Shown here: positions 50,734-60,100 of the stretch, one piece after another
How positions within the stretch are numbered: the first letter of the stretch is position 1
Layout of the letters: every line of letters begins with the position of its first letter
NCBI GenBank assembly: GCA_963678315.1
Contig: OY782781.1
Coordinates: forward strand, 1,952,001-2,016,000
Length of the DNA: 64,000 nucleotides
Direction of reading: 5' to 3'
Origin: Candidatus Cloacimonadales bacterium
GTDB lineage: Bacteria; Cloacimonadota; Cloacimonadia; Cloacimonadales; JAFGVF01
Position numbers and translations under genes: made by a program
Notes under the pieces: model-generated
Seen by the model: the letters and a program-made list of their open reading frames with translations, nothing else
Told to the model about the DNA's origin: nothing
Database searches by the model: none

Positions 50734-51530
50734 CCTTACTAGTCTCATTGAAAATAAAACGTTTTTTCAAAGAGGCAAGTAAGCAAGGCGTTATGAGTGA
50801 GGAGTTAGGACATTGGGCATACTGGGATCGCCAGCCTCTATGCTGGCTTCACTTAGAACGTAGTTATAAGTGAATTTGTATAGACCTACGGATGTTTGTA
50901 TAAATGAAAAAAAGATGGAAGAGAATTGAGCTCCATTTTATAACCCATGGTTAAAACCATGGGCTCTTTATTGATTTACCCTTCAGGGTATAAATATCTT
51001 TATGTCCCTTGGGGACATATCGCTTCAAAGCCCATGATTTCAATCGTGGGTGATATGAGGATGAATCGATAATTGACAAATGATAATGAATGACGATTGT
51101 ATTAGTCCCAAAGGGACGGCATGTATTAAGCCAGGGCTGTGTCAGGCTTTGACTGGGTCTTTTACCCCATGTATAATGATATAAATGGTTTGAGTCCCGA
51201 AGGGACGATATAATGATAAATGAAAAGTGAAAAATTAAAAATAGAACACAGAAAAGGCAGATTATACAGATTAAAATGAAAAGAATGTTTAATAGTTGAG
51301 GGGTTTAGTTGTTGAGAGTTGAAGGGTTTTAATTGTTTAGGACTGGACATAGTCCCAAAAGGACTGTATAATTTTAAATAGAAAGTGAATAATGAAAAAC
51401 TTTAGTTAGGTTCAGACAGATGAAAACTGAAAAAAGCTTTGCCTTCAGTCCGGTTGCTGCCGGATAGCTGGCAAAAAAGAAATAGAAGTGTAAGCATTCA
51501 CTGTTAGCTTAAACAAAGTTCATATTTAGG
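50734..51530 (+). repeat. Mosaic intergenic repeat element, copy 3
   Basis: Inverted hairpin A (50734-50783), degenerate heptamers, core B (50821-50885), palindromes at 50944-50990, 51004-51050, 51105-51117 and 51194-51206, and a GTAAGCAT module near 51487. Confidence 0.8.
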
Positions 51531-51735
51531 GAAAGAGAATATTCAAATAACCTATTTTAGTTTTCTAGCATGAAAAGGAAATCAGCTTGATTGAAAAAGA
51601 ATTATAAAAAATAAGATATTATGAAATATTGATATAATTGGAATGAATATTGTATAAATAAAAGTAAGGATATTGTATTAGGCCAATAAGCAATATTCTC
51701 AAGTATTTCAATTATATTATTAAGGAGATCTTTTT

Positions 51736-54700
51736 ATGCTAAAGAAATTAAGTATTCTATTAGTATTTTTAGTAGCACTACTATCTCTCTATTCAGTAGA
51801 CGTAGAGATAGGAACTGGAACAGCAGAGACTTATTACATTCCGGTTAACGGATTATGGGATTATGGATGGTCAAGAACGGTCTATTATCAATCTGAGTTA
51901 GGAAACGCAGCAGACTTTACATCTATAAGTTACAATGTAAGTAATGAACCTTCAAACTACATATTCGAAAACCAACAAATTTATTATAAGCTAACCGATG
52001 CAACATCATTTTCAGAAACAGTGTGGGTAGACCCTGCGAATGATGATTCTTATACTTTAATTTATGATGCAAACATTACATATAATGGTTCTGGTTGGAA
52101 ACAAATTAATCTAGACCAGCCTATACAATATAATGGTACAGATAATATCGAAATTGTGTTTGTTAATAATGATGCAGATTATGTATCAAATTATCCAAAA
52201 TTCCTTAAAACAGATGCTGAAGAATCTCGTTCTGTTTATAAATATGCAGATAATGAATTTCCTGCTGTTGATGGTACTTTAGCTAGTTATTATCCAAATA
52301 TCAGATTTAGCTATGCAGCTGAGAATGAACCAACTGCTTCAGTACTTGTATCACCAGAAGATAATGAAATTGATATTACTATTAATACAACATTAGAGTG
52401 GGAAACAGGTGAAAATACTGATGAAGTTGATGTTTATCTATCATCTGATTTATCATTAGTAAGCTCAATGGACTCATCAGCTTTATTGGCAAGTTCAATT
52501 ACTGCAACATCTTATCAAGTAAACGATTTGGACTACAATACTAACTATTATTGGATGATAGTATCTAGAAATACAACAAATAGTTTAACTGCAATTTCAA
52601 CAATAAAATCATTTAGAACTGAAATGCCTCAAGGTTCAGTACTTATCGGTACTGGTACAGCAACTGGACAGAGTTTACCATTTGAACCTTATTATAAGTA
52701 TACAGTTTCACAAACAATATATCAACAATCTCAAATTAATGTTCAAGATAAAAGAGTTGTTTCTCTTTCATACCAATATAATGGTAACTCAGCTTGGGAA
52801 GAAGATATCGTTATTTATATGGGAACAACAGATTTAACAGCTTTTGAAACAACTTCATCATGGGTTAGTTTAGATAACTTAGAAGAAGTCTACAATGGCG
52901 TAATATCTGTCCCTGATACAGAAGGTTGGGTTAGCATCCTCTTAGATGTACCTTTTACTCTCAGTAATACTCAAAACTTAGTTATCGCAACTGAATCAAA
53001 TACTCCTGTTTATCATGCAAGTAGTGATGAATTCTTCTGTACAAGTGTTGAAGAAAATGTTTCACTTGTAAAATTCAGTGATAGTGTTGATTATGATTTT
53101 ATTACTCCTCCAGAAGGAACATTAAAGAATTCATTCGCTAACATAGTTATGGAAGTAGAAGATTTACCAACTGAACCTGTTTTAGCGGTAAATCCTACAA
53201 GTATAGATTTTGGTGAGAATTTAATCAATACTACTTCATTAAATACTAGTGTAACTGTTAGAAATAATGGTCTAGGTGTACTTAATGTTAACAGTGTTGT
53301 CCTTGATAATACAGACAACTTTATATTAACTGATACAAACACTTACCCTCTTGAATTAACTGATGGTACTATTACTTTTAACGTAAGTTTTACAGCTGAT
53401 ACTGTTGGTGATTACACTGGAAACATTACTGTAACGGATAGTGAAGCAAATGAAGTTACTGTTGCTTTAACAGCTACTGCTGTTGATGCCATGATTTATG
53501 ACTTCCCTTACAGTGAAGGTTTTGAAGATATTACTTCAGGAACATTACCAGCTTACTGGTCTTCAATTACTAACTCAACTGCTTCTTTAGCTGGTTCATC
53601 TATATCAACATATTCAGCTTATGAAGGTTCTAATTGTTTAAAGATGACCAACTCAAGTGATGCTGAAGCTGAAGTGAAAGCTATAACTAGACCTATCTCT
53701 GAAATCAATACAAAAAGAGTTAAGTTCTTTGCTAGAGTTTATGATCCAACTGTATCTCTACAAGTTGGAACAATTAGTGATGTTAACGACGCTACTACTT
53801 TCAATATGATTCAAAATGTTACATTAAGTTCTACTTATGCAGAATATATTGTTAGCTTTACTGCAGCTCAAGCAGGTGAAAATATGATTTGCTTTAACTT
53901 TGTAGGCAATGGGGATACTTATGAATCAATAATGATTGATAATGTTGTTGTTGAAAATATTCCTGCTGGTTCTCAAATCAGTGTTTTACCTGATTCACTA
54001 GACTTTGGAAACGTTTATCTAGATAGAACTGCTGAAGCAAACTTAGAAATCGGTAACTGGGGTTCTGACGACTTAGAAGTTTCTCTTAGCTCAGATAATG
54101 GAATTTTCACTTTTGTTCCAGAAACTTTGACAGTTGAACCTTCTCAAACAGCTACAGTAGTTGTAACTTTACATCCAAATGCTGAAGGTCCTTTGTCAGA
54201 ATATTTCACAATTACTTCTAATGACACTGAAAATACAGAAATGCAAGTGCTTGGCTATGCTAATATCTTAGCAGCACTTCCAGAAGGTGTTGTCGTTATT
54301 GGTGATGAAACATTAACTCAAAATCTTCCTATTGAACCATTCTATGGATATTCATATTCACAAATGATTTATACTCCAAATGAAGTTGCAATTGAAGGTC
54401 AGCAAATAGAAAAAATATCTTTCTATTATAATGGTCACTCAGCTTTTGAAGGCGATGAATTTAAAATCTACATGGCTCATACTGACTTAACAGAATTTGC
54501 TGATACAGATAGCTGGATAGATATCAATGATTTCATGAATGTTTATACTGGTACTTTAACAGTATTTGAGCTTGAAGGTTGGGTTGAATTTGAACTTGAT
54601 ATCCCATTTGTTTATGATAATACACATAATTTAGTTATAGCTTGTGAAGAAAATACAACAGGTTATCATGGTTCAAGTGATGATTTCTATAGTTCTGCTC

Positions 54701-56760
54701 GTACTGAAGCCAGATCAATAGTTCATTATAGTGATTCAATTGATGCAGATCCTTACAATCCTCCAACAGCTAATGCTACAAAAAATGCAATTGCTAATGT
54801 TAGATTACAATTCGGACAACTTCAAGATGCACCTGTTTTATCTGTGTATCCTGCAGTTAATGAATTTGAATTAACTCCTGTTGATGGACAATCTACAGAA
54901 AGACAAATCACTTTCAGATCAATTGGTCTACAAGATGTTGTTATCAATGAAGCTCCTGTTTTGACAGGTGCTGATGCTAGTCAATTTACAATCTCATCAG
55001 ATGATAACACATATCCTTTAACTATTCCTTTCAATGAAACTGCAACTATCAATGTTCAGTTCACTCCAACTAGCGATGGTGCAAAAACTGCTCAGTTAAG
55101 TGTTACTGATAACGCTACTAGAGTTGTAAATACAATTGATTTAACTGGTTATGCTTACGCAGATGATAATAATGATACTGTAACTGATGCTACTTCATTA
55201 GTTATTCCTCTTGATGGTGAAACTTTCTCAATAATGCCAGAAGGTGATGTTGATTGGTACAAAATCCCTGCTTTAGGTATTCAAGATACTATTACTATTT
55301 ATACTGAAATGGAAGATGGTTCTGACATCAACTTAAAAGCTTGGTTATATGGACCTGCTGCAAGTCCTAATGCTGTTGATGTTGCTAATCCAGTTGCTTC
55401 TGATGATAATACTCATGGTAATTCTCAACCTGAAATAGAATTCTCAGTTCCTGCAAGTGGAGATTACTATTTAAGAATCTCACAAAATACCTATGGACCT
55501 GAAGGTGCTAGAAGAAATAATCAAAGAAAGAATATTAATGGTGACGACTTAAGAGACCAAAGAAATACTACTGGTTTATATAACCTGTTTATTGAGGCTA
55601 TCTTCAATTATGACTATAATGCTCCTCTAAATGTTGAAGCTAATAACCAAAATGGTTATGTAGAAGTTTCATGGGATGAACCTCCTTACGAAAGAGCTTT
55701 AGTTTCTTATAATGTATATAGAGATGATGAAATGATAAACACAGAAGCAATTCCATTAGGCACTAATAGCTATAATGATGCATCAGTTATTATTGGTGAA
55801 GAATATACTTATTACGTTGTTGGTGTTTATACTGACCCTAATGGTGAATCTGTTCCTTCAAACAGCTCAACAATTACTTACTTTAGTATCGGTGATCCTT
55901 TATGGGGTGATGATTTTGAAGACCATGCTGACTTTGCTTTAAATCTTAATGGTTGGATTCAGTATGACTTAGATGAAAGTGATACTTATGGTGTTAATGA
56001 CATTGATTTCCCTAACTCAGGTTCTGCTATGTCATTTATCGCATTCAATCCATCTCAAACTACTCCTGCAATGACTAGCATGGAAACAATTTCTGGTGAA
56101 AAGATTGCTTGTTCTTTCTCAGCTTATGAAGGAAACAATGACTTCTTAGTTTCTCCAGCTATCACAGTTGGTACTACTTCTGTTCTTTCATTCTGGGCTA
56201 GATCATATACTGATGAATACTCACTAGAAAGATTTAAAGTTCTTCTTTCACTTGGTGGTGAAGATCCAGATGACTTTAGTTATACTCTTAATGATGGGGA
56301 ATATGTAGAAGCTCCAAACGAATGGACTTTCTATACATTCAATGTAAGTGAACTTGCTGGTTCAACAATCAGATTCGCAATCAACTGTGTAAGTGAGCAA
56401 TCATTTATCTTCATGCTTGATGATGTTAGATTTGATTCAACATCTGATGCTGTTCCAAATACAAATAATGATGTTGAAGTTATTACTTCAGCTCTTAGAA
56501 ATAACTACCCTAACCCATTCAACCCAGAAACTACTATTTCTTATGACTTAAAAGAACAAGGCAAAGTTTCAATTGATATCTTCAATATCAAAGGACAAAA
56601 AGTTAAAACTTTAGTTGATGCTAATCAAGAAAGTGGTAACCATAATGTTGTTTGGAATGGTAGAGATGATAATAATAAAAAAGTATCTTCAGGTGTTTAT
56701 TTCTACAAAATGAAAACTGATAATTACTCTGCAACTAAGAAAATGATTCTTATGAAATAG
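51736..56760 (+). CDS. Large acidic secreted multidomain surface protein, paralogue 1
   Basis: Signal peptide; 3 x ~165-aa IG..P..P.Y.YS.SQ.IY repeats, 3 Ig-like (choice-of-anchor D-like) domains, PPC-like GDVDWY, FN3, cleaved-adhesin-like domain, NYPNPFNP CTD. Confidence 0.85.
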   Translation: MLKKLSILLVFLVALLSLYSVDVEIGTGTAETYYIPVNGLWDYGWSRTVYYQSELGNAADFTSISYNVSNEPSNYIFENQQIYYKLTDATSFSETVWVDPANDDSYTLIYDANITYNGSGWKQINLDQPIQYNGTDNIEIVFVNNDADYVSNYPKFLKTDAEESRSVYKYADNEFPAVDGTLASYYPNIRFSYAAENEPTASVLVSPEDNEIDITINTTLEWETGENTDEVDVYLSSDLSLVSSMDSSALLASSITATSYQVNDLDYNTNYYWMIVSRNTTNSLTAISTIKSFRTEMPQGSVLIGTGTATGQSLPFEPYYKYTVSQTIYQQSQINVQDKRVVSLSYQYNGNSAWEEDIVIYMGTTDLTAFETTSSWVSLDNLEEVYNGVISVPDTEGWVSILLDVPFTLSNTQNLVIATESNTPVYHASSDEFFCTSVEENVSLVKFSDSVDYDFITPPEGTLKNSFANIVMEVEDLPTEPVLAVNPTSIDFGENLINTTSLNTSVTVRNNGLGVLNVNSVVLDNTDNFILTDTNTYPLELTDGTITFNVSFTADTVGDYTGNITVTDSEANEVTVALTATAVDAMIYDFPYSEGFEDITSGTLPAYWSSITNSTASLAGSSISTYSAYEGSNCLKMTNSSDAEAEVKAITRPISEINTKRVKFFARVYDPTVSLQVGTISDVNDATTFNMIQNVTLSSTYAEYIVSFTAAQAGENMICFNFVGNGDTYESIMIDNVVVENIPAGSQISVLPDSLDFGNVYLDRTAEANLEIGNWGSDDLEVSLSSDNGIFTFVPETLTVEPSQTATVVVTLHPNAEGPLSEYFTITSNDTENTEMQVLGYANILAALPEGVVVIGDETLTQNLPIEPFYGYSYSQMIYTPNEVAIEGQQIEKISFYYNGHSAFEGDEFKIYMAHTDLTEFADTDSWIDINDFMNVYTGTLTVFELEGWVEFELDIPFVYDNTHNLVIACEENTTGYHGSSDDFYSSARTEARSIVHYSDSIDADPYNPPTANATKNAIANVRLQFGQLQDAPVLSVYPAVNEFELTPVDGQSTERQITFRSIGLQDVVINEAPVLTGADASQFTISSDDNTYPLTIPFNETATINVQFTPTSDGAKTAQLSVTDNATRVVNTIDLTGYAYADDNNDTVTDATSLVIPLDGETFSIMPEGDVDWYKIPALGIQDTITIYTEMEDGSDINLKAWLYGPAASPNAVDVANPVASDDNTHGNSQPEIEFSVPASGDYYLRISQNTYGPEGARRNNQRKNINGDDLRDQRNTTGLYNLFIEAIFNYDYNAPLNVEANNQNGYVEVSWDEPPYERALVSYNVYRDDEMINTEAIPLGTNSYNDASVIIGEEYTYYVVGVYTDPNGESVPSNSSTITYFSIGDPLWGDDFEDHADFALNLNGWIQYDLDESDTYGVNDIDFPNSGSAMSFIAFNPSQTTPAMTSMETISGEKIACSFSAYEGNNDFLVSPAITVGTTSVLSFWARSYTDEYSLERFKVLLSLGGEDPDDFSYTLNDGEYVEAPNEWTFYTFNVSELAGSTIRFAINCVSEQSFIFMLDDVRFDSTSDAVPNTNNDVEVITSALRNNYPNPFNPETTISYDLKEQGKVSIDIFNIKGQKVKTLVDANQESGNHNVVWNGRDDNNKKVSSGVYFYKMKTDNYSATKKMILMK

Positions 56761-56812
56761 TATCATATGAATAATAAAAAGTGTTGATAGAATTAAACAC
56801 TTAACAAGTTAT

Positions 56813-56850
56813 AAGGAGAAAAGACTTAGTTCTTTTCTCCTTTTCTTTTT
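56813..56850 (+). terminator. Intrinsic terminator
   Basis: AAGGAGAAAAGA-cttagt-TCTTTTCTCCTT followed by a T-rich tail. Confidence 0.8.
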
Positions 56851-57027
56851 ATATGTGACCTAGTATAATTGTTCCATGAAATAAAGAATTATGGTTACAA
56901 TTACACTCCGAATAACATACTATACAGACAGAAATAGATGTAACTGTTTGCTTAATAATTAAATAAGATCACCCTATACACGAAAAAACTTCTTTGTTTT
57001 ACAAATACTAATTTCTGTAAAAAATAC

Positions 57028-57056
57028 TTGTCAAAAATAATACAATATTGTACAAT
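57028..57056 (+). promoter_or_regulatory. Sigma70-type promoter of paralogue 2
   Basis: TTGTCA-17 nt-TACAAT. Confidence 0.65.
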
Positions 57057-57192
57057 ACTATTGTTAATTGCATTTTCTCTAGTTGTTTCGACAATTCGCC
57101 ACTTTCGAAACGAATAAAACTTTTGAATCTAAAGTTAACAAATTGAGAGAACTAAAATACTTTTATTACAAAAAAAGACAAAAGGAGTGACA

Positions 57193-60100
57193 ATGCGAAA
57201 GAAAATTAGTTTCGTGATGGTTTTTTTAATGACGTTGATTTCACTAAGCGCAGTTTATGTAGAAATCGGTGCAGGTACAGAAATTAATCAATATGTACCA
57301 GCTTATGGGTGGTTTGACAATAGTTGGTCACGTTCAATTTACTTACAAACTGAAATTCAAAATGCGATTTCTATTAACATGTTAAGTTATCATGTTGGTC
57401 AAGATGGTGATAACTATGAGATGATTAATCAAAAAATTTATATTAAACACACAACAGACACATCTTATGATGCAGCGACTTATGTTGATCCGCTATCAGA
57501 TGAATCATACGAACTCGTTTTTGATGGTTCTATTACCTGGAATGGTATAGGTTGGAATGATATTCAATTAGACACTGAATTTGATTACAATGGTACAGAC
57601 AACATAGAAATCTTATGGATTAATGAAGATGGTTCTTATGTAACTGCTGAACCAAACTTTTCTGGTACAACTTTAGAAACTCCTAGAGCTATGTATAAGT
57701 ATCAAGATGGTGAATTCCCAGCAGTTGATGGTACATTAATTAATATTCTTCCAAATATTAGATTACACTTTGCAGCTGAAAATGAACCTGGATTACCAAC
57801 GCTTGTTAGTCCAGCAAATAATTCATTCAACTTAGCTACTGAAGTAGAATGTACATGGGAAACTGGTGATAATACAACCGGTATAGCTTTCTATTTTGGT
57901 GAAGATATGAACTTAGTATCTTCTTTAGATGAAACAGTTTTAATAGCTGAAGATTTAACTACAACTTCATATACAATGAGTGATCTAGATAACTTAACTA
58001 CTTATTATTGGAGAGTTGTTGCTTCTAATGATGTAAGTGAGTTTTTATCAATGTCACCTGTATGGACTTTAACAACTAACCCAGGTGATGATATAGTAAT
58101 GATTGGTAATGGTGAGTTAACAAACCAAGCTTTACCAATGGAACCTTTCTATGGTTATACTGTTTCTCAATCTATCTATCTTAATGAATGGTTGAATGTT
58201 GAAAACAAACGTGTAGAAGAAATCTCTTATTATTACAATGGTGGTAGTGGCTTCACAGAAGACAATATTCAAGTTTATATTGGATATACTAATCTTACTC
58301 AATTCGAGACAACAGAATCATGGATTGCTTTAGATCAACTTGTTGAAGTATATAATGGTGCTTTTACAGTTCCTGCAGAAGCTGGCTGGGTAACTATTAC
58401 TCTTGACACACCTGTAAACTTACCAAACTCTGAGAACTTAGTGATAGCTTTTGAATCTAATACAACAGGTTATTTTTCTTCATCAGATGAATTCTTATGT
58501 ACTTCTTCAATGGAAAATAGTTCTATTGTAAAATATAGTGATTCTCAAAACTATGATTTCATTACCCCACCGGAAGGTACTTTAAAAACTGCTTATCCGA
58601 ATGTAATGTTAGCTATTGATGATATTTCTACAGAAGCAGAAATATTTGTAAGCCCAACTGAAATTGTTTGGGATGAAACTGTTATTAATACTGCAACTGC
58701 TCCTACAACTATCTCTGTTAGAAATCTTGGTATCAATCCTTTAACTATATCAAGTATTGTTTTAGATGAAGAAACTAACTTCACATTAACTGATAACAAT
58801 ACATATCCAGCTCAAGTAACTGGTGAGCCTCTTCAAGTAGATGTAGTTTTCAACCCAACTGCTGTTGGTGATTATACTGGAAACATAACTGTAACAGAAG
58901 GTGATGGTTCAGAAACTATGATTACTCTAGCAGGTTCAGGTTATGATCAAGTTATTTCAGAATTCCCTCACTTTGAAGGTTTCGATGATTTAGCAACAGG
59001 TGAACTACCTAGAGATTGGTTACGCTATGTAATCTCAACATCTGATTACGCTGTAGTTGGTGCAAGCACATATAGTCAATTTGAAGGTGATGCTTGTTTC
59101 AAATTATCAAATTCTAGTGATACTGAAGCTACACTTTTAGCTATTACTCCACCAATTGATAATTTACCTGCAAGAAGAGTTAGATTTATGGCTAAGGGTT
59201 CTACAGCAGGACTTCAAATGGCTATCGGTACAGTTAACCTTGTTGATAGTACATTTACAGTTAGAGATACCTTAACTCTTACAAATGATTATACACAATT
59301 CGCACATAATTTTGCTAATTATGAAGGTACTGATGTAAATATCGGATTGCAATTAATTAATAATGGTTCTACATATCAAACTATCTATCTTGATAATTTC
59401 TATATAGAAAATATACCTACAGGTCCAGCAGGTATTGTTCACTCAGATACATTAGATTTCGGTGATGTATATCTAAACAGAACAGGTGTTGCAATGTTTG
59501 AAGCACAAAACTGGGGTATTGATGACTTCGTTATCAACTTAACTGATGAAGGTAACTTTAGTTTTCCTGAAAATACCGTAACAATAGATCCTGAATCTAT
59601 TGGAAATGTAACTGTTCTATTTACACCAAGTGAAGAAGGAGAATTCTTAGGTTCATTTACATTCACAACTAATGATCCAAACGTAACAAACCTTACAATA
59701 TGGGGTAGAGCTTTTGTCTTACCAGCATTACCTGATAACATAGCTGTTATAGGTACTGATGAGTTAACTAATCAGCACATGCCTATTGAACCATTCTATG
59801 GATATACTTATTCACAAGTAATCTACTATGCTAATGAGATTGGTATTGAAGGACAACAAATCGAGAAGATTTCTTGGTATTATAATGGTAACTCAGCTTG
59901 GTCTGGTGATGAATTTAAAATTTACATGGGACATACTGATGAAGTAAGTTTTGAAACTAATGATAGTTGGTTAGATATTAATGAATTCATGACAGTTTAT
60001 ACAGGTACACTTGATGTAACAGATCAAGCTGGTTGGATTGAATTCGAACTTGATATTCCTTTCGTTTATGATTATACTCAAAACTTAGTTGTGGCAGTTG

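Noticed and set aside
51162..51350. 62-aa minus-strand ORF
   Set aside because: It is a translation of low-complexity repeat modules with no RBS
57075..57151. c-di-GMP or other known riboswitch
   Set aside because: Consensus motifs were not recognisable on the sense strand; kept only as an unknown structured leader
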